NCBI GenBank assembly: GCA_964035545.1
Contig: OZ037770.1
Coordinates: forward strand, 2,760,662-2,824,661
Direction: 5' to 3'
Length of the DNA: 64,000 bases
Origin: Bugula neritina
Lineage: Eukaryota > Animalia > Bryozoa
The number at the start of each line of letters is the position of its first letter. The first letter of the stretch is position 1. Below the pieces are notes generated by a model. It was not told where the DNA came from and searched no databases. It was given only the letters and a program-made list of their open reading frames with translations. The position numbers were made by a program, and so were the translations under genes. Shown piece by piece: positions 41,101-56,100 of the stretch.

Positions 41101-44100
41101 TGTTTTGCCATATTGGTGACTGGGAGTTTTCTTTCCAATGATTTGCTGACTGATGACTCACTTCCTGTTTCTTTAGGAGCAGTCGTTCAATGACTATTTC
41201 TCGGCCGAACATTCTCGTCTGCTGAACCTGTGGCGGGCCGTCGTTTCCTTCAGACGTCAGTTTACCGAGATGAAGTCTGCCACAGAAAGGGATCTCTCAC
41301 ACGTGAGAGCTGACCTTAGCAGAGTTCACAGAAGCATGCACTCTGCGTGTCTCAATCTCAACGCCAACCAGAGATCCTCTGACAACCGCAGTAGCGCCGT
41401 CGCTGAAAAGGTTTCTTGAATAAATCTCTGAGTATTTACTGTCTAACTGTAAAAACTAGAAGTTGAATTCATACAATTAAGTAATAGTCAGTATTTAATT
41501 ATGAGCAGTAATTTTAAAATCAATCTCAATTGGAATTAATTTATTTCAGTTTTTTTGTAATTAATTTTACTCCTCAATACACATAATGCCGTTTTAGCAC
41601 AACTAAAGTTGAAATTTGATTTGAAATATTTTTAATTTCTAGTTATACAATTTTTCCGATATTTGCTAGCCCTTACATTTCATTTCTCATATGAAAGCCT
41701 CTTGTAACTCAATGTGTTCTATTCAAAGGAGAAATCAGGGCTGGATGAGTTGTTGAGAGAAAAAACTAGAGCTTGCATTGACCTCCAGAGTAAACTAGAC
41801 TCTGTCTCTGATGACCTAAAGTCAAAGTAAGCGTAGACATCGTGTAATATGTTTACTAATTTACTCTTGGTGAATAATTTAATGAAATATGATTTTTGGT
41901 TCGAGTAGTAACTAGTCACTTACATTATTTTGCTCAGTTAGTTTGAAAGGAGGGATATTTCAAGTTCACGGTGAAGTAATTCTATCATCTGACTCTATTT
42001 TACTATTAATTAAACATGAATTGCGAGTCAGGCTAGGAATAAAAAATAACCAGCCTAATGATTGGCTACAATCTCGCAATGTCAAAAGTTTAATTGTGTT
42101 GTGACATGTGATAGGCTATTAGTGCTGTCGCTGCTGAAATGAGTTGGCTCTGTGCCAATAGCTGTATAAGTTTATTAAAGTTGATCAACTGAACTATGGT
42201 ATACATTGGGTTTACATTGCTTCGAATTGTTTAAATCGATTTGTTATTCATGTTTGGAACCAGTTGCATTCAATGAACCCACAACCATAAGTTTATGCAA
42301 ACGGCAACCACAAATTCATCCATACAGATGGAAATACGGTAATAGGGCACCTGTATCACACACAGTGACAGGGCACCTGTATCACACACAGTGATGGAGT
42401 ACATGTGTCACACACAGTGACAGGGCACCTGTATCACACACAGTGACAGGGCACCTGTATCACACACAGTGACAGGGCACCTGTATCACACACAGTGACA
42501 GGGCACCTGCATCACAAACAGTGACAGGGTACCTTTATCACACACAGTGATTGAGTACATGTGTCACACGCAGTGACAGGGCACCTGTATCACACGCAGT
42601 GACAGGGCACCTGTATCCCACACAGTGACAGGGCACCTGTATCACACACAGTGACAGAGTACATGCACTGTACCATTGTAGAATAAATGAGCTGACAGTA
42701 GCCAATGAGAAGATGAAGATTCAGCTGTCAGAGAAGGAGAAGTCTGCTGTCACCCTACAGAGAACTGTGGCAGCGTTGGAACAGCAAGTCGCTGCCGACC
42801 AGTCTGAGAACGAGACGGCCAGACATCTGAGAGCTGAGACTGAAGATCTTCACATGGCTCTCAGGTTTGTATTCAGTCACTGGGCTGTCTGGTGATGTCG
42901 TTGTACTATGTGGTGATGTCACTGTACTGTGTGGTGATGTCACTATACTGTGTAGTGATGTCACTGTACTGCGTGGTGATGTCACTGTACTGTGTGGTGA
43001 TGTCACTGCAATGTGTGATGATGTCGTTGGTTTGTGTGTCATCCGCAATAGTGATGTTGTCACGAGTATGTGTGGTTGTGTCATGAAACACAGCGATATT
43101 TGATAGCAATAGTATCATTTAATTATGATGATGTCATATATTTGTGTGATGATGTCATGTAGCCTCGTGTGTTATGCAGAGACATTGCTCAGGCGGTAAT
43201 CAACGATGCCGACCATTCCCGAGAAGACGATCACAACGAGAGCATCAGCTATAGAACTGCTCGATCTCCTAGCCCAGTTCAACGATCTCCACGGTCGTCT
43301 TCCAGAGCCAAGTGAGCATAACTCCTCATTGTATCTATTCATTAGTAGTCTGATAAAAGATTGTATAGTGTAATAAAGAAGTATATATTGTATTAAAAGA
43401 GTTTATAGTCGGTCAAGCGAGTTTCGTAAAGGGAACTGCTGTTTCATGCTATATTATATCATATCCAAGGAGAGAAGATAACTCTAGACTGGTTTGTAGT
43501 AAACTTGGTGTGACCCTGACTAGTGTACTCTATGATGTATAACTTGTTCATCTACTGTTTCACTCTACAGTCTAATACTGGCTATCTTCTCTTTGTATCT
43601 AATAGTAGTTGGAGACTTCACTGTAACAGTTCTTTTAATCATTTAAGGTCAAGGTCACCGCACAGACCGAGGTCGCCTGCGTTTGCTGACTCTACATTCT
43701 CTGCCGTGCAGGCAGCTCTGAACAAGAGGCAGCTTCAGGTGAGTGAACTGAAAACGAGGCTGATGTCGGCGAAGGAGACCAACGAGTATCTGGGTAAGGA
43801 TCTGGGTGAGAAAGAGGCTGCGATACGGCAACTGGAGGCCAGACTGATGGAGTACAAAGAGCAGGCAGACACCGCGTGAGTTCTAGAACATTCTAGCAGC
43901 TGTTTCCTCTTCCTGTTTTCTACTATACAGCTTGTTGGGTTTCTTAAACCAAGTTTATTCAAGAATTTTGATATTTTATTAACAGAGATTTTCCTCATCA
44001 ACCTAAACATTTTTTTTGGAAAAGTTAGTGTCTAAATTTAATTAAGTTTTGCTTTCTTTTTCTTTATTTTTTATGTATTAATTGAATATGGCAGAGTGCC

Positions 44101-47100
44101 AATCCATAAAATGTCAGATATCTCTAGAGTAATTTCTTTTAATAACTTCAGTTTGATTTACTCAAAATGACTTTGCTCTAAAATTTAAAGTGTTTAGACT
44201 ATCTACAGCTGAAAGCTTCACACTACTTCAGTGATAGTGTAATCAAAGTGTTTCTCATCAACTTGAAATTTTTGTTGTGAAAGTTAGTGTCACAATGTAA
44301 TTTAATCTAACTTTCTTATTTACTTTTATAATGGGCTTTTGTTTATTCATTAAATCTGGCAGAGTGCCAATTCATGGAATGTTGGGAATACTTTTGGAGT
44401 TGTCAGATCTAATAAATAGATAGATAAATAAATATTGTGTCAGCTTCTACTTGCATTTAACTGTGTAATTAATCAAATATCCTCCGTGTATGTTCATCTA
44501 ATGGTTTTTGTTTATCTGTCTTTCCGTCTGTCTGTATGTCTACACTCTACATGTATGTCTGTGTGTACGTTCATCTGGAATGTTGCAGACGTAGAGAGCA
44601 AGACGCCAGTGACAGAGACCGACAGCGGTACAAGAGTCAGCTGGATGTGACAGGAAGTGAGAAGGGACAGCTGGAGAGACTTCGGTTCCAGCTGAATGAG
44701 CAGGTGGGCAGCATTCTGATGGAAGTGTTTACAAATATACAGTAGTAAACACTGTACAAGTACACGGTAGTAAACACTGTACAAGTACACTGTAGTAAAC
44801 ACACTATACAGATACACTGTAGTAAATACTGTACAAATATACTGTAGTAAACACTGTACAAATACACTGTAGTATATTTATTCATGAGGATTGTCACAAT
44901 CTTATTATAATCGCATATTATTGATCTACATTTACTGCCTTCCTATTCTATATTATTATTTATGTCATGCTGTAGTTATGCAGTCGTATTGTATTGTATG
45001 GAAGTGGGTTACTGTGTTATTCTATTCTAATGTTTTATACTAAATATTTTTTTATCTTGTTTGCGTTATACTTTTTTATGCAAATTATTGTATTATTATA
45101 TTACTGTACTATTATATTACTATATTATTATATTAATGTATTATTATATTACTGTATGATGCCTACAGATTGACCAGCTGAACAGTGAGTGTGACAAACT
45201 GAAGCAGGCAAACTCTGAGTTACAGCGACAGAGAGACAACCTGGAAGATGAGAAGGAAGACGTGTCAAAGGATAAGGACAGGCAGATCAAAGAGAACCAA
45301 AGATGGTATATTTTATACTCTCTCTCTCAGTATACTATATACTCTCTGTCTCTGTCTCTCAGTATACTATATACTCTCTGTCTCTCTCAGTATACTATAT
45401 ACTCTCTGTCTCTCAGTATACTATATACTCTCTGTCTCTCTCAGTATACTATATACTCTCTGTCTCTCAGTATACTATATACTCTCTGTCAGTATACTAT
45501 ATACTCTCTCTCAGTATACTATATACTCTCTGTCTCTCTCAGTATACTATATTATACTCTCTGTCTCTCTCAGTATACTATATACTCTCTGTCTCTTAGA
45601 ACAATGCTAGTTATATAGTATATACTGTACATATACATTACACTATCTATTCCTTACTCGAAATATTACCAATTATAGTAGCTGTTCAAATAAGACTTAT
45701 TAATTGTAGTTTATTGAACTATTCTTGTTATGGATCAATTAAAACCCTTTGTTTTAGAGAACATATTGTTATTTTTGCCTAACTTCATGTAAACACACAA
45801 GGCGTATCACAATTCTGATAAACTGCTTGTCTCACGGCGTCTGCATTGATCTCTACAGCCACAAAGTGATCGAGCAGATAGAGACAAGGAACTCTCAGTT
45901 GAAGGAAGAGTTGGTGGAGATCAAAGAGCAGCTGAACAAGACCCTCCTGGACAGGGACTGTCTGCAGCAGGAGCAGAGCGACACGGCCAGCTCGCTCAGT
46001 AAAGTCGAGCTGCAGAATGCCGAGCTCGGTATGTAGAGTTGTCTGTTCCTTCTTGTGTTTGTATTACATCTTGTCATATAGTTCTCTGGTTTATATCAAT
46101 TACCAAACTTGAATATTAAAGAAGTTGTATATCGAAATATTAGTTGGTGGTTTTATTGATGTTAAATAATTTTTGGGTAATGTTTGCTTCTTTTGAAGTA
46201 TAACTGATATATTTGCCGGGTCTTTACTCTTGTAGCTCAACTGTTATATTATACCTAGTCAGTAAAACACTAATACAGTGCTTCCTCTGTATCTCACTAA
46301 GCTGCAGTACTCCCTCTGTATCTCACTAAGTTACAGTACTCTCTCCATATCTCACTAAGCTACAGTACTCCCTCCGTATCTCACTAACCTACAGTACTCC
46401 CTCCGTATCTCACTAAGCTACAGTACTCCCTCCGTATCTCACTAAGCTACAGTACTCCCTCCGTATCTCACTAAGTTACAGTACTCCCTCCGTATCTCAC
46501 TAAGTTACAGTACTCCCTCTGTATCTAACTAAGCTACAGTACTCCCTCCGTATCTCACTAAGCTACAGTACTCCCTCTGTATCTCACTAAGCTACAGTAC
46601 TCCCTCCGTATCTCACTAAGTTACAGTACTCCCTCTGTATCTCACTAAGCTACAGTACTCCCTCCGTATCTCACTAAGCTACAGTACTCCCTCCGTATCT
46701 CACTAAGTTACAGTACTCCCTCCGTATCTCACTAAGTTACAGTACTCCCTCTGTATCTAACTAAGCTACAGTACTCCCTCTGTATCTAACTAAGCTACAG
46801 TACTCCCTCCGTATCTCACTAAGCTACAGTACTCCCTCCATATCTCACTAAGTTACAGTACTCCCTCTGTATCTCACTAAGCTACATGCAGTACTCCCTC
46901 CATATCTCACTAAGCTACAGCCAATAGCAAGGCTTGTTGCATTTAGTTATTATCTGTTACTCCTGATTTGAAACTTGTTAACATTTATAATTATTGGCCT
47001 TCCTTGCATTGTAGAGGTGGAGCTTAACAGACTGAGGTCAGAGGAGGCGGGGCTTAGAGACGCCCTCCTCAAACTGCAGGCACTAAACGAGGGCCTGGGG

Positions 47101-50100
47101 CAGGACAAGGTGGAGCTCAACAAACTTGTCATACAGCTGGAGCAGAACAAGCTGGCCGTAGAGGTGAGTTGATGAGTCACTCCGACGATAAAATGGCCGA
47201 CAACGCTGCCGCACTGTGGAGTAAATCCTGAATCTATAGTTAATTTAATGCTTATACAGAATTCTGGGTAATCTGCTGTTTACACGGAATTCTGGGTATT
47301 CTACTGCATACACAGAATTCTGGGTAGTCTACTGCTTACACATACTTACTGATACAACGTCACAAACAGAAGATGTTTACTATTTAAAGGCGGTAAGCTT
47401 CCAGGTTATTTATTACATTTGAGCAAAAGTTTGCATGCTTTTCAACTGTTTTATCAGCATTTTACCCAGTTTCTTATACGAAAACACTACAAAAATGTAA
47501 GTAAAAGTGGTCATATTAGGTGTCTTAGACTTGCCCAGACTTGCCCGCGAGCGTGCCCTCCGTGACGTGGGGATGGCAAAATAGCCCAATTGTAGCGTGA
47601 GTTTATATCGCGTAAAGTTATTAAGAAGCGGGTTTGTCACAGATTCTCGTTATTCGTAGCTCAAATCACATGAATGTTACTCTTCGGGTGGCTACTAATA
47701 ACTAACGTTAGCTACGCAACATCAAGAAAGGTAACTAATTTAACTGTTTTCAAATGGACTATTCCATTTCGCTAGTTTGTAACTTGCTGTAAATCACAAA
47801 ATAATTATTTTCCCTATTTTAATTTCAATTATCATGTCGACCACACTACCAGAAAATTACTCTTAAATATGCAGTAAATGATGATTTTCAACCGTTTTGT
47901 GATGAATTATAGGTTAGTAGTTGTCTACGTAAAACCAAGTTTTGAAATTTGTAACTAAATCAGTGAATCACAGTATCAGTATGAGTGTCACTAGTCTAAC
48001 TCTATTTCTATGACATTGACTCTCACTCTAAGTCTATGACTATCGCCTATTGGTGAACTATTATTAATAATATTCAATGGTTATATTTATTAATACTATT
48101 ATTAGTCATAATGATAATCATATGACAGTATCAGTATGTTAATGTTACGGAGCAGGATCAGTTTCGAAACTAATACTTTAACTTATACTTATAGTTATAA
48201 TATTAGTTATAACTATAAGTATAACTATAACTATAAGTTATACCGATAGCTATATTAATATAAATATTTATATTCATAGTAATACTAATAGCAAATGTAA
48301 TATTATTATGTTAATAGTTATACTTGTAAGTTATAATATAAAGCAAACGACACAAGTATTAATTTCAATTTGAACTGCTGGTCTTGAAATAAAAAGTGAA
48401 ATAAATATAAATAATAAAATATAAATTATAATAATTTAATTATACTAATACTTATACAGAAATATAATTATAATAAATTTATAAAACTTAAACAACTTTT
48501 AATTTAAGGAACAACTTTAAATACAAACATAAAGATAATATTAAATAATTATAATCATAATGATCATAACAATAAATATAATTATGATTCCAATAATTAT
48601 CAATATATTATATAATATTTATTGCAAGTGAAAGTTAGTTATTCTCCGCCAGCTGCATGAATGTGACTGGTAAATTTTGTAACCTTTGGCAGTAATAACT
48701 TTGTAGCATAAATTAGACACATTTTTATGAAAATACATAATTTTAATGCTATAGCTGCTAGTAATTCTAATGGGTGTAATAATATTACTTTCACCAGCAT
48801 TAATTTTTACTTTGTTCATCTCTTCATAAAGCATTTTCTAAATCCTTTTTTGAATAAATATACATATAATGTGCTGAATAGATTACATATGTTGGGGTTC
48901 TTCCTATACTGCAGCTCAGCCTACACTCCCCCCCCCCCACAATTGTTCCTAAACTACTAGCTTCATCAGGATACAGATTGATGGAGCTGTATTGATAAAA
49001 ACTTCTCTTTTTAGCAGTAGAGGCATCATGAAAAAAAAAGGCAAGTATTTTACTAAATATGAATGCGGTTTTTTACTTCTACAAATTTGATAGCCTACAC
49101 TATTCTATTTAAATGGAAACTGGTCTGACATAATGTGTCTGCAATTTATTAGTTATAATATAGTAAATACTATGCGGGCCTATAGATCCAATGGCTCAAA
49201 AAAAATTAAATAAAACATTACACAATGCTGTATTTATTAGCAATGTGATACTTAGCAACTAATTTCACATTATTATTTTTTGCAAAGTTTCATATATCTA
49301 CATATGTTTGTTCAATTCAGTGTTCTGAAGTAGAAGGTTCCAACAGCAGGGAAAAGCCTTGAACAAGATATTATGTTCTACATCTCCAACTCATTTTAAC
49401 TTTGCTGGTCAGTGCATTGTGTATCTGGAGCATAGTTTTGTATTTTTAAGTAGTCCATCAGATACCTTTGTAGATAGTAAAGATTAAAATGTTTGTGCAA
49501 TGATGTCCATAATGTTGAACTGATTTATTGAAACTAAAACTGTTCTTAATTATAACAAAACTTGACAATCTTTACATAAAGAATAATGTCCTATAATCTA
49601 TCTTCATTGTAAACAAAATTAGAAAGTTCCACACCAGCAAATTGTTAATCATCATCTGTAGGTGGAAGACGCGTGCACTCAGTTATAAAGGCAAGCTGAC
49701 GGTGGTTTTCTTTGCCTTCTATGAAGATTTGGAAAGAGCCAGAAAATTAATACTCTATAACTGCAAAACCATGTTGTAGTGTCTTATGTTATTGATTGAA
49801 TCATCTAAAAGAAAAATTGTTGTATCATTATAATTTTACTGTTAATGAATTAGCAAATCTACTTATCTTGGTAAATATATTCAAGAACAAATACTATAGT
49901 GTAACTCAGTTTTGGTTATGTGTATGCTCCTTAAGCGAATTTACAGCAGATATCAAACTATATATTAGAGACTGATATAGGAATTACATTTAAGCTAACC
50001 ATGATGATGTAAATAGCTGTTGTATGTGACTTCGAGAACTCTGCTGGCCATGTCAGTTCAATTACACCAGGGTGATCTGTTACGAATTTCATGTCATTAT

Positions 50101-53100
50101 TGAAATTCAGCTTTTTCAAGTGCCTCTTCACAACTCTGGCAGCATTCTGACTGCTCCTTAGCTTTCTGCACCTGAAATTTCTTCTACTTGCACCATTCTT
50201 CTATTGGTGGAATGTTAGCCTATAACAAACAGGTGTACCAAAGCTAAAAAAAATATCTAATTCAATGCACTAGGATATTATTCAACTCATTTAAATTTAA
50301 TATATAGCAGTAAAACAATCACATAATTGTATTTATTTTATCAGCTTTACTTTACAAAGCTGAACCATATAATTTAGTAACTTGTCACCATAATAAACTT
50401 TGTACAACATACAAATTGAAAACCTGATGTGATTGCTTTTTTAATAGAATATACATCAAAAACATGTTACTTTGATAAGCGTGTTTATAATAAAAGTATT
50501 AAACCAGTTTAAAAAAAATTATTTTGTTATATAAGGGATCACAAAACTAAATCATTTTAGACCTGTAGCTCAATGTTCCTCAAGCAACGGGCTGCTATGA
50601 CTAATTAATTTTCTATCATTGCATTTGACTGTTCTACTCATAGTGTATTGGCGAGTTAAAATTATTGGTAATTTAATGTATATTTTAGCTACCTCTGTAC
50701 AATCAATGTCATAGTAATATCAATTAGGTTTTAAATTTCACTGAGTTTATAGTAAATTATTGCAATCGGTACATAACATTTGGCTAGTTCTCTAGTTCAT
50801 TAAATAACCATACGAACTTAAATTTACAACATGAAAAAACACACAAAGCAAAATTAAAATAATCATATTATGAACCAATGTAATTGATAAGCGATAATGC
50901 TGTTGTAAAACATAAATTATCAAATTGAAATAGTTATTATTACTATTAGTATTACTATCATTATAACAACTATAATTATTAGTATTACTATTACTATTAG
51001 TATTAGCATTAGTAGTAAAAAATGAGTAGAGTTCAACATATACAATCTAGCTCACAGTTACTATAAAAGTAGAAGTAGAACTTTTAAAACTATTATCTCC
51101 ATCATTATCAGAACTATGAGTAATACTAGTACAGTACTAGTAGTTGTACTAATAGTAATACTAGTTATTAATACTAATAGACAATAGTAATAGTATCACT
51201 ATGAGTATGATACTTGGGCTGGCAGTGATTATCACTATCAGCATCATCATAGTGATAGTCAAAAGTTACAAGAATTAGAAGCCATATTCATATTGATATT
51301 CTCATTGAGTTATGCACAGTCATATTCATAGTAATAGTCAATCACTGATTGAGTTAATGTCATAGTGATACTCATACTCATAATTAATTTGTACGATACT
51401 CATACTCATAGTGATAGTGATACGTCACCGTGAATTTCAATTTAATAATAATTTTAATTTAATATTAAAGTGATATTAATTATTAATATTATCATTGAAT
51501 CATTCATTGTTGCTAATATTATGTCTTAATCTTAGTCTAACAGCAGCTCTATAAAGAAGTTAAACATAACTGATAACAAAACACATTTAAAAAATAATAC
51601 TGTAACAATCAATATAATGCATATCAATATGAATATGCTAGCAACCTAATTTTCAGCCCACTTCATTAACTTTCTGTGCAGTATTGTGAATTGTGATAAA
51701 ATAAATTTATTAATGGTGACCTTGACATCTTCGTCCAAATGCCTTTCACGTCAAGCCCCGAACCAATTTGTAAAAATTTTGGATTTTTTACTTTTGATTA
51801 TTTTTTACGAAAAGAGCTTCAAAATAAATTTAAAAAAAAGTGAGCTGTTGTCCACATAAAAAGAAACATATGAGTTAATTTTCTAAATTCAGGAAGTTAC
51901 CAGAGGATCACAATATTTTTTTTAAAAAATCTTCATTTTCACGACAAGCTCTATATATCAATATAGAAAAATAGAAGACAACTCTTCTTTCAGATTTTTC
52001 ATGTGCCACGGTCACGTCAATCTCAGTGCTATTAACACATATATTTTAATTCATTTTTTCTGGTATATTGAGTTGAGATTTTTTGTATATATTTTGTGAA
52101 TGCAACTAAAAAAGTATGATCTTTTAATTAACAGTAATTGATTTTATCAAAATAACCTGGATGCCTACGATGTTTAAAGCCCTGCATTTGCTGGGCTGAA
52201 CTCTAAATATTGAGCAAGTGTAGGTTTTTGTACTGCACTAGGAGTTGCCTTCTCTTATGTTTTGACATGAAAAGGGCTGATAACTTTATAATAATTATAC
52301 TTAACCTTCTGCGTTGCCATATTGGAGTGTAAATGTTGACCTATTTTTTCTAATTACATGATATTTTAGAAACAATTGTAAATGGTTCGATATCTACTGT
52401 TTGACCTTTTCCTAGAGGTCAGAGTTTAAGCTATGTGTTGGTTATTAGCTTTGTTGAATCACTAATCTTATTTATGATAGGTGCTCATAAATCACTAGCT
52501 AACTGTTAACAAGTAGCTGATTGGATGATGCTATTTGTTACGTGGTATTTGATTTGTTGCAGTCTGAGAAGCACGCCCTGGAGAACGACAAGGCAGGTAT
52601 AAAGGAGGAGTTGCTGAGAGTAGAGCAGGAGAAGATGGAGCTGGAGACGGAGAAGTCTGGTCTCCACACAACCATCGAGATAGCTGAGAGCAACATTGAG
52701 CAACTCAAGACTGAGATCCAGTATCTTAGCAAGGAGAAGGTGGATGTGACAGACCACCTCAATGCTGTGAGTACTTTGTGGTTTACAGGCTCTGCAAGTT
52801 GATTGCGTTTTGTTTCAACTAATATTCATTGAAGGACAAAAATAGTAGATAAATATATTTCACACTCTGGAATTTTTTTTTCATTTTGTATTTTTTTCAT
52901 CAAATAATTGCATAGTTTTCCTGTTGGTGTGTTTGGCAGCTTTAATCATCTTTTCTGCTGAGAGTTTTGTGACTGTTGCAGACGTATTTGTATATTGAGT
53001 CATGTGACTGTTGCAGACGTATTTGTATATTGAGTCATGTGACTGTTGCAGACGTATTTGTATATTGAGTCATGTGACTGTTGCAGACGTATTTGTAAAT

Positions 53101-56100
53101 TGAGTCATGTGACTGTTGCAGACGTATTTGTATATTGAGTCATGTGACTGTTGCAGACGTATTTGTATATTGCTAGTCATGTGACTGTTGCAGACGTATT
53201 TGTATATTGAGTCATGTGACTGTTGCAGACGTATTTGTATATTGAGAGTCATGTGACTGTTGCAGACGTCTCGTCAAAAGAACTCTTTAGCCGAGGAGTT
53301 ACTAAACGCCCGCCGAGAGACGGAGAAGACAAACGAGACTTGCATACGGATTGCCAAGGAGAAGGAGCTGCTGACGAAGGAGAAAGCTCAGCTCATTGTC
53401 GACCTGACAGCGTCGGAGAGAGAGAACCGTATGCAGTCGGAGGTGAGTAACGGCAGCAGACGTTGCGTAATCTGTTTCCTGTCGTCTTCAGGTTACATGA
53501 TTCAGTTTATCTGATGGTTGAGTGTGTCTGCATATAACTTAGTTAATGGTTGAATCATGAGAGTATCGATAAGATTATATTATTTGGAGTTGTCTCATCA
53601 ATTTGTACATTTTTGTGTTTTCCAATAAGTTAAAGTTAACTGTGTGTAGCCATTTTTATAATTTGGTAGAAAATTAAACATATATATCATACAGTACATG
53701 CAGTTGTCTTCCCCTGTCACACACATGGACTGTGTTCTGGTAGATCATTGCTGGACTACGCAGCGATAAGGACGCCTTAGAGACGGCCCTGTATGAGCAG
53801 CAGCAAGTAAACAGCAACCTGGAGACTAGGAAGGAGCAGCTGGAAGGGGAAAACCAGGAGCTGCTTTTGAAGAAAGAGGCTTTTCAAGGTGAATATTTTT
53901 TATTTTCTTAAGGAATTAGAATATATTTTTTTGCAAGTTGATAATTTTTTTTTCAGGTATAAACTTTGCTTCATTTGTTTCTGCCTACGTAATCGCTACA
54001 CAAAAAATGTGTAGTTATTGCTGATCTAAAATTCAATAAACTAGTTTTCGAATGGAAATTTTAAAGGAGTTTACAATTTAAATCATTTTAGCTAAAAAAC
54101 CCAACTTAACGAAAACTTGTCTAAAAGTTAAGTTTTATTGTTGACTAAAGCACCACTTCCAGAATAGACCCTTTTCAGAGGTCCCCAATGTCACCCCCCC
54201 TCCCCCTTGCAATTAAAAATAAAAATGAAATTTGTTGACCAACATAGGCTTAAACTCATTTTTGTGGCTATAGTTGATGAGTAATACTTGAGTACCACTT
54301 TAGCATTGCTAAGTAACCAAAACCACAGAAATGCTTTCAAGTTTATTTCCGTCAAAATTATTGACGAAAAAATATTTTTAGAATCTTTTTGTTGAACTGC
54401 TAATATGTGTGCTTATACCAAAATATCATGTCTCCTAAAATAACAATTCTATAGCATAATTAGAATTCTAAGTAGCAGCCAAACTTTAAATGTTTAATGA
54501 GTTTGCTCTTTATACAAAAGTTCAACCTATTTCCTGTGGGAGAACACAACTCTTAATTGTAAAGGGGACATCAAAGCCCTCCGAAAAGGGTCTATTCTAT
54601 ATATTTTGATCATGTGAAATAAGTATGATCTGTTAATGTGAATCATGTTTTTCATATCTTTTCAAAATTTGAAGTTCATTAGAAAACATTTTGTGTATAA
54701 ACTGATGTAATAACTAAAGTTAGAACTACTGGTAAAGGTTCTACTTCTCAGACGTCTGCTCTCTTTGTTTGAAGGCGAGATTTCATCTCTCAGAGCCAAC
54801 CTGCAGACGGAAGTTGACAAGTTTGAGAAGACGAGGGAAGGCCTCAGTTCCAGACTCCAGTCAACCGAGAGCGAGTTGCAGACGGCGCTGCAGAACGAGA
54901 AGACCGCCCACGAGGAGGACGTGGAGAGACTCACCAGGGAGAAGGTGGGTTCTGGAATCTTCTAGAGCACTCTGGAAATGTTTTTATATTATAGAATGTT
55001 TTGCGATCTGCGATACTCTTGGATGTAGGAAGGTAGCAAGATGGAGATTAATTAAATTAAAAAAAAGGAAATGGTGCTTTTGATTTAAACAAAACATGCA
55101 GCAGATATGTTTAGCCTGTGGTTCAGTTTTCAGCGTGACGAAACCTAAATAACCGTATCTTTAATATATCCAATGTTTACACTGGGCCACAGCAGTTGAT
55201 TGTCTCACTGCTTAGTGAACCCTCTTCTCTGTCACCAAATATACTAGAAATATACTCACATATTACACCCACAAACATGTTATTCCCAGGAGAACCAGAG
55301 ACACGAAATGGAGACGGAGAGAGAGCAGATTATCACGTCTCAGCAGACGGAGAAGGAAGATCTGGTGGAGAAGTACGAGAGAGAGAAGGCGGAGCTTGAG
55401 CAGGAACTGGCCACGACTCAGAAGGACAGAGACGATAGCCTCATGTTTGCGGAGAATGAGAAGCAGCAGGTGGGGTGGTCTTGTTGCTCCCCTCAGTGAG
55501 TGTTGAATCTGCTGAGTCGAATATACTGTTGATCGCTGAATAATACTTGGAAGAAGTTTCTAGAATCAATTCTGGCAGCCTGCACTTGTTTTTAATTGTT
55601 TAAAATCTTGGGTTGAAATTTGCTTCTTAAAGCTAAATTGATTTTATATTATCATCAAATGAAATAAAAAAAGAGATAATATGACATATCAAATATTTTA
55701 TAGAAGCAGTGATGCCCAAATTGCATCAGAAATTTAGTGACCTTGAACTTTCAGAGTTACTATTTTGTTCTTTCAGGCTCTCTCTCTGGTTGAGCAAGAG
55801 AAGAGCTCTTTGGCTGAGAAGTTAGCAAACACACAGCGCGACCTTCACAACACCGAACTTGACCTTGACCGGGCCAAGATGGAGGCCGCTACCAAAGCCG
55901 AGCAGGACAAGTCCAGGTTCGTGACTCTCAGATATATTATGGCTAACTTGGTAACGCGGTAACAGGTGGTAAATATATAGATATGTTCATCTTAGAATTG
56001 ATTTGACCGAATACACTGCAAGTGAATTGGGTGGTAATTTTACTCCTTGTAATTTAATTTTAATTTAGTTCAATGTAAAGATAAGTTTTTATGTAAAATT

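Noticed and set aside
47700-49500. Transposase or THAP remnants in the Kolobok-like element
   Set aside because: I could not recognise DDE or THAP motifs by eye; a frameshift-aware profile search is needed.
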